Shown piece after piece: positions 26,416-39,194 of a stretch of DNA of 64,000 nt. This DNA is from the human T2T-CHM13v2.0 reference genome, Homo sapiens, in the NCBI RefSeq assembly GCF_009914755.1, contig NC_060932.1; one strand, 5' to 3'. The notes beneath the pieces are model-generated. The model saw only the letters and a list, made by a program, of their open reading frames with translations. It searched no databases and was not told the origin of the DNA. The translations under genes and the position numbers were made by a program. The first letter of the stretch is position 1; each line of letters begins with the position of its first letter.

Positions 26416-26651
26416 TATTTAGATTGTGCTCACATAACTTGGCTAAAAACTACTCATTTGTATTTTGTAAGGCCCCATAGTTCTACCATGGATATTTAAT
26501 TTAACCATTTCCTTGTCAAATGGATTTTTCTCCTGAAGCTATCAAAAAGACATCACTGAAAACATATGTTATAAATAAATTACTAAATGGTAGTGTTTCT
26601 TTTATCAATTGTTGAATAACAAATCAAACCAAAATGTAGTGGGTACAAACA
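26416..26651 (+). repeat. copy 1 of a ~236-bp dispersed duplication (copy 2 at 29067-29303)
   Basis: tatttagattgtgctca...aaccaaaatgtagtgggt..aaaca aligns end to end with 29067-29303. Confidence 0.95.
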
Positions 26652-27058
26652 ACAAAAATGTATTATTGCTCATGATTCTTCCGAGTTGACTGGAACAAGC
26701 TGGATGGTCCTTTTATAATTGAAGTCACATTTGGGACTGCAATAAACTAGGAACTCAGCTGTGGCCAGAGTATCCAAGCAGACCCTCATCCTCTATCATC
26801 TCAGACTCTCACATGGCCTTCTCACCATTGAATAGCAGAGCCCAAGCTTCTTTACAGCATAACATTTGATGCCAAGCAACAAGCCCCAATATTCAAGTGC
26901 TTTATCAAGACTTTGCTTGTGTCACACTCGCTAATGTCCTGTTTGCCAAAGCAAGTCACATGGCAAAGCCCAAAGCCAGCATGAACAAGAACTACTCAAA
27001 GCCTTGGAAACCACAAGGAATGGCCTTTGGGGGCCACCAGGGTAAGGCTACTATAGAC
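26595..27058 (-). mobile_element. MLT1 (G/H-like) MaLR solo LTR
   Basis: aataacaaatcaaaccaaaatgtagtgg...attattgctcatgattct...gccaaagcaagtcacatggcaaagcccaaag. Confidence 0.75.
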
Positions 27059-27162
27059 AATTTATGTTTGTATACTTCTGTTGCCTGATCATTCATTAAT
27101 AGTAAAATCCTGATTCTCCATCAGCTCCCATGCAACTATAACTTTAACCAAAACAGCCTTGA

Positions 27163-27881
<719 letters not shown>

Positions 27882-28549
27882 TGAAGCTTCATATACAATA
27901 TCATCTGTACATTTGAACTCTGTTCTAAAATTAGAAATTTTAGAAGTTTTCATTTTGATGCATGTTTATGTATAATATTTCTTAATATTGGCTCCGATTT
28001 TTTTTTAAGTTTAACATTTGTCTCTGTTATAGAAGTCGCAGAAGCATATTGCCAACTTGGAAGACACTTGCTATTTCTGGAGTCATGGCTTTATAATGCA
28101 ACATTTCCAAGTCTTGTTAAACCACTAGACTGGGGTTGTATCAATTAGAATACTCTCCATTCATTCAGCAGCACTATCTTCTTGAAACTCAAAAGTTGGA
28201 AACCAGAGACTATACCAGCTGAGTTGATTCTCTTCTATGATTGCAACAGTTCCTGGAGTTATAGAAAGTTTTCCCATGTAAATAAAAAGAGATTAGAGTA
28301 CTTAGTTTCAAAACAAATATTATATACACCTGTTCTCTTATACTTTCTTGTTACCCTTTCCTCACACCTTTTTAAAATGAATTATTTAATTTCATTAAAT
28401 AGTGAAATTTAGAGTAGGAAAGGGTTCTAAAAGTCAGTTACCTGACTTCTCTTTCATCTCTTTAATTCCCGTAACCTCATGCCAAATACTTCATCTTCCA
28501 AGATGGGTTTTGATATATGAGAGAGGTTTGCTACCTCAAAGGCAGCCAT

Positions 28550-28878
28550 TTTTTTTTGTTGTTGTTGTTGTTTGTTTGTTTCTGTTTATTTTTTTTGAGA
28601 TAGAGTCTTACTCTGTCTCCCAGGCTGGAGTGCAATGACACGATCTGGGCTCACTGCAACCTCCGCCTCCCAGCTATAAGCAATTCTCCTGCCTCAGCCT
28701 CCTGAGTAGGTGGGATTACAGGCGCCCACCACTAAACCCAGCTAATTTTTGTGTTTTTAGTAGAGATGGGGTTTCACCATGTTGACCAGGCTAGTCTTGA
28801 ACTCCTGACCTCAGGTGATCTGCCCGCCTCAGCCTCCCAAAGTGCTGGGATTACAGGCATGAGCCACCGTGACCAGCC
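28550..28878 (-). mobile_element. AluSx-like
   Basis: Antisense dimer with ctcaggtgatctgcccgcc; TSD aaaggcagccat (28538-28549) / aaaagcagccat (28879-28890). Confidence 0.93.
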
Positions 28879-28889
28879 AAAAGCAGCCA

Positions 28890-29012
28890 TCTTTTAATAG
28901 CTTTGCCCTTTAGAAAGTTCTTTCTTATGATGAGACAAGAATATCTCTCTACATAATTGCTACATATTAATTGGAATTTCTATTCTGGGGTCACATAAAA
29001 CAAGTCTAATCC
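28890..29012. mobile_element. L3/CR1 fragment
   Basis: ttagaaagttctttcttat...ctggggtcacataaaacaagtctaatcc is typical of L3. Confidence 0.6.
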
Positions 29013-29066
29013 AGCATTCCTGGTTTCTGTGTTTAGCACTATGTCCCCACTGCCTAGACCAGTAAT

Positions 29067-29303
29067 TATTTAGATTGTGCTCATATAATTTGGCTAAAAC
29101 CTGCTCATTTGGATTTTGGAAGGCCCCATAGTTCTACAATGGATATTTAATTCAACCATTGCCTCATCAAATGGATTTTTCTTCTGAAGCTATCAAAAAC
29201 ACATAACTGAAAACAAATGTTATAAATGAATTACTTAACTGGTAGTGTTTCTTTTATCTATTGTTGGATAACAAATCAAACCAAAATGTAGTGGGTTGAA
29301 ACA
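29067..29303 (+). repeat. copy 2 of the ~236-bp duplication, embedded in an L2 3' tail
   Basis: Flanks ccccactgcctagaccagt... and ...aggtactcaacaaatacttggtt join into the L2 terminal motif. Confidence 0.9.
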
Positions 29304-29518
29304 GAGGAGGTACTCAACAAATACTTGGTTAGAGAGAGAGATAACAATTATTGAATGCTTACAATATGTTAAACATTGTATTAACTTCCTTAGACATTGT
29401 ACATTATCTCATTTGAAGGCATTTATCAAATTTTTGCCTCTCTCTGTAGAATTGCCCCTATTCCTCTTCAAGACTAAATATCCACAGATCATCCAAGAGT
29501 TTCACAATGAGACCTGGT

Positions 29519-29907
29519 TGTTATGGAGTGAATTGTATACTTACAAAATTCATATGTTGAAATCCTAACCCTTGTATCTCAGAATGTGACCATATCTGGA
29601 GATAGTGTCTTTATAAAGATAGTCCTGTTCAAATAAGGTATTTGGGGTGGGCCCTAATCCTTATAAAAACAGAAAATGTGGACAGAGGAGACAGATGGCA
29701 AAAAGGTGATGTGAAGAAACACAGGGAGAAGATGGCCATCTACAAGCCAAGGAAAGAGGACTAGAAAAGATCCCTCCCTCATCGCCTCAGAAGGAACCAA
29801 CATCTTGATTTTGGACTTCCAGCCCCCAGAACTATGAGACAATAAATTTCTGCTGTTTAAACCACCCAGTCTGTGGTATTTTGTTACAGCAGCCCTGGAA
29901 AAGTAAT
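29519..29907 (+). mobile_element. MLT1B-like MaLR solo LTR
   Basis: tgttatggagtgaattgt...gagaagatggccatctacaagccaagg...aataaatttctgctgtttaaaccacccagtctgtggtattttgttacagcagccct. Confidence 0.9.
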
Positions 29908-30039
29908 TTGGTCTTCTCATGATTTTCATGCGCAGTCTTAAAAATACCAATGACAATATCTACCATTTTATTCAGTATGCCAACTACAAATATTATTATC
30001 CCCTTTAAAACTTAAAAAAATCACTCCAAGAACAAATTA

Positions 30040-30165
30040 TGTATCTCTTTTTACAGATAAAGACATGCAAGCATAAAGAGGTTGAGAGATTCACTCAGAG
30101 TCCTGCTAGAAAGTAGCAGAGTGAGGGTTTACACCAAACTCTATCTGATTCCAAAGTCACTGCAC
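30040..30165 (-). mobile_element. MIR fragment
   Basis: ttttacagataaagac...agaggttgagagattcactcagagtc...agtagcagagtgagggtttacacc. Confidence 0.65.
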
Positions 30166-32519
30166 TGAATCTCTATTCTCTGTTGGTGCTCTTTCATTAC
30201 AAGCTTCTAAAATTACAAAGAACAGAAATGAACACAGCACTTCACTTACGGATTTACCCAGCCTGTACCTTAACTAGGGCCCCAGTCTATTCATTTACTT
30301 TTCCATGTATTTTCTAGAAAATTAGGCAGTTAATACACATATGTTTATGAAGGCAAGAGAATCCTAAAGAATCTCATTCAATTGTCTCCTACTATCCCTG
30401 TCCCATTTTAGCTTAACACTTTTGATTGCCCCAATTTTCAACATACAGATTATATTTACAAGGAATTACATACGGAAGTTTAATTTGTTAGATTGTATTC
30501 CCAATCCTTCCATGTGGTCTGCAGGATTTTGGAGTGATCCTTCTCCTGTAGCTCCACATAATCTCAGAGGATAATCAAATGAACCCCAAGCTGCAGAATG
30601 CCACCCAGACTAGGAAACTCTCTCTCTCATTCTCCTTTATTCTGTTTCTTTCACTGGAATTTTACTCTTGAGCAAAAAGATCCAGGGACAGTAGATGGAT
30701 GGAAATAGTCCAGAGTGAAGACAGAGCCCTAACAGATTGCTGGACATTTCTGCTACTGAGTTACTAGAGCTTCTCTGGAGTTTGTTTCTTCCCAGAGTTT
30801 GGCTTTTTAGTGTTTACTTATTTTCTATGATTTAGTTAACATTGCTACAATAAACAATTTTGTATATTAACTTGAATCAGGCTGAATAATTGTTATTTGA
30901 GACAAAGGAATAGAAGCAATGAAGTTAGAAGTGACACACCTCAGAGGGCCAGCAGAAACGATGAATGAAAACTAAGACGGACTACCACTCTTGTCCAGGC
31001 AATTGGTCAGAATAGGAAAAACCTAGCAGTTGCATATTACCTCATAGTATGATCCTGAGCTGCCTGTTAGAACGTGGACATGCCTGTTCAGTACCACTGG
31101 ATTTTCCTGATGTTGTTTCATCACTAGTAACATGTAAATGATATTTTAATTTCTGATCTCTCTGTTTAGACATCAAAACCAGTACTCAATTTAATTCAAA
31201 AGTATACATCTGAATATGCAGTAAAAGGTTACAATACTGCTAGAAAAAATTGGATAGAGTTAATATGAATTTACCTGTAATAAACTCATATCTGTTAACC
31301 AGATTTCAGTAATTAGACACCTTGAGTTCCTTCTCTCTCCCCCTTTTTCTCTTTTTTTCTCTGCATCTCCTCCCACCCCACCATCACCCAGGAACTCTCT
31401 TGACCAAAAATATTCTGTACTATGAGTTTGAAACATGGTGAGTCCCTTAGCCAGTGCAACCTGTCAACTATACAGAATCTTCCTCATTCTGACTTTACAA
31501 TTTCAAATGGTATCTTGTGTTTACTACTTTAGTTTAACACCTTTGCTTCTAGTCTCTTGTATTTCAGACAATTTATGCTTCTGTTCAGTTACTAATCTCT
31601 ATGTTCTGAATCTCAGGTGAAAACATAGCCCTGATCACTCACGTGGACTCTCTAACTCAGGACTATAGCCTAACTCTGATAAACCTCTTCGTAGTGCCTC
31701 CACAGGATTGCCCTGCCCCCTTCCTTTGGGACAGGAAATTGCCTTAGATCCACATCTCTATTTGCAACCTGTTATCAGGTAACCTGGCCACACTGACTTA
31801 ATATTGACATAGAAATGGGTGTACAGTGGAGGCCTTTTCACTTCCAAATCTGTGAAATCAGGCTGCAGAAACATGTAGCCAGAATGAGAGACATAAGGAG
31901 GTGTGTCAGAGGCTGGGCCTGCCAAGGCACGTTAGGTGGAATGAAGGCTCCTACTATACCTATTCTCCACCACCAGGACACAATTTGTCCTGGCACTACT
32001 GCATACCAGCAGCCAAAGGAGGCATTTAAAAATGATATATGAAAAAGGGGAATTATGAGGCTTGCATGTTAATATTTTCAATGAAATTCTAGACTTCGGC
32101 AAGTGATGACACTCCATCAATATCCTTCAGGAAAAGACATATAGATGCTAATGAATGCGCAGTGGAGTAAAGGGTTTCAACATGTACAGCCTCCAGTAAT
32201 TAATTGAGGAAAAGCATGCCATTTGAAGTAAATGAAAAATTAGACGTAATTTCTTTCAGGAATAGCTAATAGCACAAAATCACTTTTTTATTTTCTTGCT
32301 TAGTTCCCAGAGAAATTTACCATATTTTTAGGAAAACTGTCTAGACAGGCTCAGGTCACTCTGGAATTGGATTGTTTGAGAAAGACCCAAAGGATGAGTG
32401 ACTGCTGAGGGCATTGACATATTTAGATATAAGAAGATCAGTTCTGACAGCTTGACACTAAATGTTTCATGGGGCGGAGGGGGGATGAAGTTGTGTTTGT
32501 TTGTTATTATAAATATTTT

Positions 32520-32662
32520 TAAATTATTTTTATTTGTCATTTTTTTAGATAGGGTCTCACTATGTTGCTCAGGCTGGTCTTGAACTCCTGGCCTCAAGAG
32601 ATCCTCCCCCAGTCAGCCTCCCAAGTAGCTGGAATTACAGGCATAAGCCACCACACTCAGCT
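32520..32662 (-). mobile_element. FLAM_C-like Alu monomer
   Basis: agatagggtctcactatgttgctcaggctggtcttgaactcctggcctcaagagatcctccc. Confidence 0.85.
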
Positions 32663-33886
32663 CCCAAAACATAATTTTAAAGATATTTAAATGTGAATAT
32701 ATCATAATTGCTACTGCTCTTTTTCTCTCACACATGTAAAGTAAATCTAAGTGGAAAGTTTCCTATCTTCTATCATCAATCATTTTCTTTCACTCCCTGG
32801 AAATCATTCCATTTGATTATTCAGAAGCAGATATATTTGCACCTAGTAACTATATACAAAGTTCTTACTTTTTAAGTTCCAACACATTCCCCAAGCTTCC
32901 ACCTTTACTGCCTTTCTTCTTTTAGGAATGAAAAAATAGAAGTCTTAATGCCTTTCTACTTAAACTGTCATATCCACCCAAATCATATTGTAAAAATCTC
33001 ACTTCATGGGGATGTAGCTGTCAAATGAGACAGTGTCTACAAAATGTTCATTTGCTGAAAACTTCTAAAGAAATTTTCACTGAATCCAATTCACTTCATT
33101 AAGCTTTAAACTTATCAAAAGTCTTTCACTTAGTTTTTAACCTTTGTGAGGCGCATGACGAATTTACTCTTCTTAACTCTCTGAAAAGGTAGCTTCAATA
33201 TTCATACAGAAACTGATAGATCTACGTAGTTGGAAGTGCTTAATTTTCTTAAAACCCAGCTCTTCATTATAGACAGTATTCCTCTTAATGAACCCTGGAA
33301 TAACCTAATAATCACAAAGTTACCAAGAACAACCCTTATTTAGAATATTTTTCATTATTTTTAAGATATCTCCAGTCCCGAATCCTAGACATTCATATAG
33401 CCCTCTGAACACAACTCTCTGAGTCTTTTGCCATATGCTTCAAAATGTTGATGACTGAAATATTTCATTCAATGATGATGCTTAGAAGGAAATTAAGTCT
33501 CAGAACTGATTGGCAGGCATGGATAGTCATCAAAATGTGAAAATGCCAGTGGTCATTATAATGAAATGGAGATCAGGCAGGAGAAGAAACAAAAGTTTTA
33601 GATCACAATAAATATAATTCTAAAAGACCTCTAGAAGCACCAAATGCAAAAGTAATAGCATTTCAGTACAGTAGGAACAATTATTTTCAAATTGCCCATC
33701 TTAGAGGAGAAAACAAGACTTGAATTAAACAGAAGTAGCATATTTAATTGTACAAAACTGTGAAGATGTGCTATAGTTTGTTTACAAGAAAGCCATTGTT
33801 TACTACAGTGTTACAAAAATATATATTTTTCTTATAACTGCATAGTTGCTCATCTGTGATCTTGAGAAAAGCACTGACTCACTGCT

Positions 33887-34020
33887 ATTTTTTATTTTTT
33901 TATTTTTTAAAACTAGAGAGGAAGTCTCCCTTGTTGCTCAAACTGTTCTCAACTACTGGGGTCAAGCAAACTTATTGCCTCAGCCTCCCCAAATGCTGAG
34001 ATTACAGGCATGAGCGACGA
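33887..34020 (-). mobile_element. FLAM / Alu left monomer, diverged
   Basis: T-rich tail, then agagaggaagtctcccttgttgctcaaactg...gattacaggcatgagc. Confidence 0.75.
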
Positions 34021-34049
34021 TCCTCTACCAAGATTTCCAATAATTTAAT

Positions 34050-34094
34050 AAGTGGCTCTCAGGAGCCAGTACAGCCAGCTCTAGCACACCACTG
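34050..34094. mobile_element. MER63-like hAT terminal fragment
   Basis: ggctctcaggagccagtacagccagctctagcacaccactg resembles the MER63 terminal inverted repeat. Confidence 0.6.
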
Positions 34095-35441
34095 TTTCCC
34101 AAATGCATTCCTCCCTAAAAGGTATTTTTCAACATCTGTTTCAACTAAGCAAGGTAAAGTAGGTTGTCAGCCTATTAGAAAGACTTCATTGTTGGAAACT
34201 CTTAATTTGAAAAAAACACAAAAAATAAAACATAGAAATAGGTAGTATTCACATCGATTTCTACATTCAAACAGATAGGCTTTACAAATGTTTCCAGTTA
34301 ACTGATTGGTCTCATGCAGTATTCCATTGACAACTTGTAAAAGAAAGCAGGTAGTCTCACTAAGCTTGGGATTGAGGAAATGTCAATAGCGAACACGTGA
34401 ATAAAAGAGAATTAGAAGAGGATGGGTTTTTTGAGTCTCAGGAATAAGTATGGATACTGAAAGATGACTTTGAGCCTAAAACCGTGCCTACAATGAACAA
34501 TCAAACGACTAATAAAACGAGTTTACATTTTTTAGGAGTCAGCAGCCTTTAATGTGAACCCTAAAGGAATGTCCCGTCAAAACAGATGAAAAGAATTAAA
34601 TGTTTAAGAACTGGACAGGAGACATTGAATGAAATAATGCAGCCTTAGATTTTTAGAACTTCAACCTAAAGATCATAGTTGAAATAGATCAGGTTTGGTG
34701 GACTTAATCAGGAGATTGCAAAGTCTTTACATTTGAAAAACTCTCTCTTTAGGAATGTAAGGAATGTTCCCATGGTGGCCCACAACAAAAGATTGAATTC
34801 TGCCTTTTGAAGAAAAAAAAAAAGTTACTGTTTTGATCACAGAAGAAACAGATCCCCAGGATAGAGGGACCACCCCACATAGAGGAACCCCTACAACAAA
34901 GGCAGCTTGGGAAGGAAATCTGCCTATAATTTGTGTTAATTAGACAAACTCAATGAAATAAGAGAAATCTGAAGTTGTATAATGGTATTTAAATTCATTT
35001 CAATATTGAAGTAAGATATTAAGTAATGTGGTTTTTATAGCTTTTAAGATTAACTACTTAGGTTTGTATATTTCCATACAGTTTACAAAGTATACTAACA
35101 TTCATTTTATCAAGTAATTCCCAGAATGACAGTATAAGGGATTATCCACACATTAAAGATAGGAATGCAGCCTCAGACATTAAAATAATTTACTCAATTT
35201 TTGATTTTTAGAAGGCAAAAGATTGAAGAATCAAATATAGATTTTCTTGTACAAGTCTAGAGCAAGGTTTGGAAAACTTTTCAGTACAGGATCAGTTTGT
35301 AACCATTTTTAGCATTGCAGGCCATAGGTTTCTGTGACAACTCAATCCTGCCATTGTAGTGCAGAAGCAGTCAGGGGCATGGCCATGGTCCAGTAACACT
35401 TTATTCTCCAAAACAGAGGGCAGGTTAAATGTGACCTCCAC

Positions 35442-36402
35442 TGTGTCCGGAATGGGTTCCTTCCGGGGGGTTCTTGGTCTCACTGACTTCAAGAATGAAA
35501 CCACAGACCCCTGCAGTGTTACAGTTCTTAAAGATAGTGTGCCCGGAGTTTTAATTCAGATGTTCAGATGTGTCCGGAGTTTCTTCCTTCTGGTGGGTTC
35601 GTGGTCTCGCTGACTTCAGGAGTGAAGCTGCAGACCTTCGCAGTGAGCGTTAACAGTTCTTAAACATGGCACGTCCGGAGTTGTTCATTCCTCCTGGTGG
35701 GTTCGTGGTCTTGCTGACTTCAGGAGTGAAGGCACAGACCTTCACAGTGAGTGTTACAGCTCTTAAAGGTGGCACGTCCAGAGTTGTTCATTCTTCTCAG
35801 TGGGTTTGTGGTCTCTCTGGCCTCAGGAGTGAAGCTGCAGACCTTCGCAGTGAGTGTTACAGCTCATAAAGGTAGTGCAGACCCAAAGAGCGAGCAGCAG
35901 CAAGATTTACTGCCAACAAAAGAACAAAGTTTCCGCAGCATTGCGGCTGCAGGCTCAGGTGGCCTGCCTTTATTCCCTTATTTGGCCCCACCCACATCCT
36001 GCTGATTGGTCCATTTTACAGAGAGCTGACTGGCCCATTTTACAGAGTGCTGATTGGTCCATTTTTACAGAGTACTGATTGGTGCATTTACAAACCTTTA
36101 GCTAGACAGAAAATTTCTCCCAGTCCTCTACCTGATTAACTAGACACAGAGTGCTGATTGGTGCGTGTACAAACCTTTGGCTAGACACAGAGCTCTGATT
36201 GGTGCATTTACAATCCTTTAGCTAGACAGAAAAGTTCTCCAAGTCTGCTACCCAATTAGCTAGACACAGAGCACTAACTGGTGCATTTACAATCCTTTAG
36301 CTAGACACAGAGTGCTGATTGGTGCATTTACAATCCTTTAGCTAGACAGAAAAGTTCTCCAAGTCCCCATGGACCCAGAAGCCCAGCTGGCTTCACCTGT
36401 CA
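35442..36402 (-). mobile_element. LTR12-family (HERV9) solo LTR
   Basis: Minus strand begins tgacaggtgaagccagctgggcttctgggtcc and ends ccggacaca; U3 ~40-bp repeats with CCAATCAG; U5 ~100-120-bp repeats; 4-bp TSD CCAC/CCAT. Confidence 0.95.
35965..36330 (-). promoter_or_regulatory. LTR12 U3 enhancer/promoter: tandem CCAAT (NF-Y) boxes upstream of the AATAAA TATA-equivalent, pointing leftwards
   Basis: ctgattgg repeated near 36002, 36050, 36075, 36153, 36195 and 36314; gcctttattcccttatttggccc at ~35966-35988. Activity is inferred from the family only. Confidence 0.6.
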
Positions 36403-36444
36403 CCATGATGGGCCATAATTTGCTGACACCTGGTCTGGAGGAAA

Positions 36445-36670
36445 GGACTTGGACTTTTAGGTTAGACTTGCAAGAATTCAAATCTACTACTTAGTATCAT
36501 GGTAATCATGGGCAATTTACATAACCTTACTAAGCCACCTCTTCCTCAGCAATAAAATAAGGGTAATTACACCTGCTTTACCACAATACTGTGAGGATTA
36601 AATCAGGTAACATGTGTAAAGCATTTAACACCATGCCTAGCCTGTTATGTCTTCAGTACTTGTTGATAAC
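36445..36670 (+). mobile_element. MIR SINE
   Basis: tcaaatctactacttag...gggcaatttacataacct...ttcctcagcaataaaataagggtaat...gtgaggattaaatcaggtaacatgtgtaaagcattta. Confidence 0.85.
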
Positions 36671-36757
36671 CTCTTCACTTTCCATCCCCACAACATTGTA
36701 TTTTTCTTAAAAAGCATCTGATAAATATCTACTATGCAATACATGTCCATTGAAATA

Positions 36758-36895
36758 TTTTTTTTTTTTGAGATAGGGTCTTGGTCTGTCACCCAGGCTG
36801 GAGTACAGTGGTATGATTATAGATCACAGCAGCCTCAAACTCCTGGGCTCAAGCAATCCTCCTGCCTTTGCCTCCTGACTAGCTAAGATTATAGG
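36758..36895 (-). mobile_element. AluJ/FRAM right-arm fragment
   Basis: polyT, then gagatagggtcttggtctgtcacccaggctggagtacagtgg...ctcctgggctcaagcaatcctcc. Confidence 0.85.
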
Positions 36896-36992
36896 TTAAC
36901 TCAAATTAGATATTAACTGAGCTTCCCACTTCCTCACATTTTATTCTTTTCTTCCTCACTTCCTTTTCATTTTTCAAAAGAAATGTCCATAT

Positions 36993-37444
36993 TGTATTAG
37001 TTTCAAAAGGCTGCTATATCAAATTACCACAGATGAGGTGGCTAAAACTGAAAACAGTTTATTCTCTCAGAGCTGCAGAAGCTAGGAACCTAAAATCAAG
37101 GTGTCTGCAGGATCATGCTCCCACTGAGACTTTAGGTAGAATCCTTCTTTGCCTTTCCCTAGCTTTGGGTGGTGGCTGTGCATCCTTGACATTTTCTGTC
37201 TTTCAGCTGCATCAGTTCACTACAGTCTCTGCATCTAACATCACATAGCATCCTCCCTGTGTGTGTCTGTCTTCACATGACAATTCCATATGACAGTCAC
37301 ATCAGATTAGAGCCCATCCTAGCCACCTCATCTTAATTTGAATACATCTGCAAAGACCCTATTTCCAAACAAAGTTACATTCAAAAGTACTGGGGGTTAG
37401 AATTTTAACATATTTTGTAGAAGGGCACAAGTTAAGCCACAACC
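36993..37444 (-). mobile_element. MLT1C-like MaLR solo LTR
   Basis: tgtattagtttc...aaattaccacag...aaatcaaggtgtctgcagg...catctgcaaagaccctatttccaaacaaagttacattc. Confidence 0.88.
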
Positions 37445-37781
37445 CAAACCACTGCCATTATCTTCTTTGTAAAGAATCTCTTGGTAGGAACACAGGAAAT
37501 CAAGAGGAATAGATATAATTCAGATTGATCATTACAGCAAAACCTAACAGCTTTATGTGTTTTTCCAATTAACTAATTTCTCATACACAATATTCAAAAT
37601 TATCAACAAATATTTATGTTTTGGTACTTAACACTAAACTGAAATTTGTCTGCATGCCAAATAGAACAGCATCTACTACTGTCAGAGGCACTATAGAAAT
37701 TCCTAGATATCACTTTAAGGCAATGCCCAAATTAGATATTTATCTATGTTTAATCATTCATAAAATGAATTGTTTCGTAGT

Positions 37782-38300
37782 TGTATCAGTTAGGATATGT
37801 TTTATTGCAGGAGACATATAGCCAACTCAAACTGTGTTAATGATTAGCAAAATGTATAGGTTCCCTTAAAAATGTTGAGGGATTATGGAATGTTAAGGCT
37901 GGTTAGATTCTATACCTTTAAATAATAATATTTTATCTCTGGTCTGTTTTTCGTGTGTCCGCTTCATCCTTACCACTGTCTTCTACTTTATGTCTAATAC
38001 CAACAAGTTCTTGGGGCTCCTTTCTCTATGTTCACACTGAAGCCTAGAGAGCAAGTAGTTTCTCAAAAATACTCTCAGAGTTGATGGGATTCATTAGGTT
38101 GAGAAATATGAAGCCATTCTCTTTTTTACTGAAGTGGCTGAAATTAGGTCTTAGGATTGTCCTTGAACTAGTAATGGCCAGAGGATGACATGTTATTTGC
38201 TCCAATCTCTGAAGCTAATATAATAGTCTCAAAGCACATGGACACCTCCAGGTAGGATAAACAAGCTGGAAGAAAACTGAAGCACTGGGAACGGATATTG
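37782..38300 (-). mobile_element. old MLT1 (J/K/L-like) LTR fragment
   Basis: tgtatcagttaggatatgttttattgcaggagacatatagccaactcaaactg start motif; remainder degraded. Confidence 0.45.
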
Positions 38301-38311
38301 CAAAATGTTGC

Positions 38312-38733
38312 TGTATCCTTCAGCATTCAACCAGTGGGAGGTTGGGGGTGGTGGAGAGTGCGCAAGGGAGGTTTATTATCAGGCATTGGCTGATGTAATT
38401 GTAGAGACTAGAGACTATGTTAGCAAGTTCAATGTCTGTAGGGAAAGTCAGGAAGAGAAGATCACAAGCAGGTTAGAACCTTGTGAAAACAGGCCATCTT
38501 TAATCTCTAAACTCAGAGAAGGCCTAAGTCCTTTCTAAAAAGGCTCATCTGATTAGGCCAGATCCACCCAGAATAATCTTTTTTTTTGTTTGTTTAGCTT
38601 AAAGTCAACTGAGTAGGGGTCATAATCAGATAATGCAAAATCACTTCACGGCATTATCTACATCAGTGTTTGTTTGAATGCCTTGGGACTATAGTTCAAC
38701 CTGCTGGAGTTCACACATCAAGAAACCATCACA
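38312..38733 (-). mobile_element. MLT2-family (ERVL) solo LTR with TSD GTTGC
   Basis: tttattatcaggcattggctgatgtaattgtagag...ccacccagaataatct...ttaaagtcaactga...aaccatcaca; GTTGC at 38307-38311 and 38734-38738. Confidence 0.8.
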
Positions 38734-38779
38734 GTTGCTGACATAGTCAGTTTTCTACTTCAATAAATATTATTTTAAC

Positions 38780-39194
38780 TGGACAAATTGCTATCTAGGT
38801 AAAAGACTACATTCCTCAACCTCCCTTGCATCTACGTGTGGCTCAGTAACTAGCTTCGAGACAATATGACGTCAGTGGAAGTACTATGTGGGATTTCTGG
38901 AACGCTATCTTTAGAGAGAGTAAACTTTTCTGATGTTTTTGCCTTTCTTGCTGACTGGAATTTTGATGTGATGTCCAGAGTTCAAGCAACCTATTGGGCA
39001 ATTAGGTTACAGGCTAAAGTTAGTATAATAACATGAGAGGAGTCAGAGCTCCTGACACCAATGAACCGCCAGATGAGCCATGGACTGTTCCACTCCAGAC
39101 ATCAATGCGTGATAAAAATATACCGCTACGTTGTATAAGCCCTTTTATTTGGACATTTATGGTAGAATCAGCCAAAACAAACCCCAACTAATAC
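38780..39194 (+). mobile_element. MLT1J-like LTR
   Basis: aaagactacattcctcaacctcccttgcatctacgtgtggc...gtggaagtactatgtgggatttctggaa...cagccaaaacaaaccccaactaatac. Confidence 0.7.

Larger units (their letters stand above)
35263..36432 (-). mobile_element. MER58A (hAT-Charlie) split by LTR12: 35263-35441 and 36403-36432
   Basis: caaggtttggaaaactttttcagtacagg...aactcaatcctgccattgtagtgcagaagcag... and gggccataatttgctgacacctg; 8-bp TSD gtctagag (35255-35262) / gtctggag (36433-36440). Confidence 0.85.

Noticed and set aside
35480-35880. ~100-120-bp tandem repeats with overlapping ORFs
   Set aside because: Known U5 repeat structure of LTR12.
36000-36365. Regularly spaced ~40-bp repeats resembling a CRISPR array
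   Set aside because: No unique spacers and no cas genes; these are the standard LTR12 U3 tandem repeats in a primate genome.
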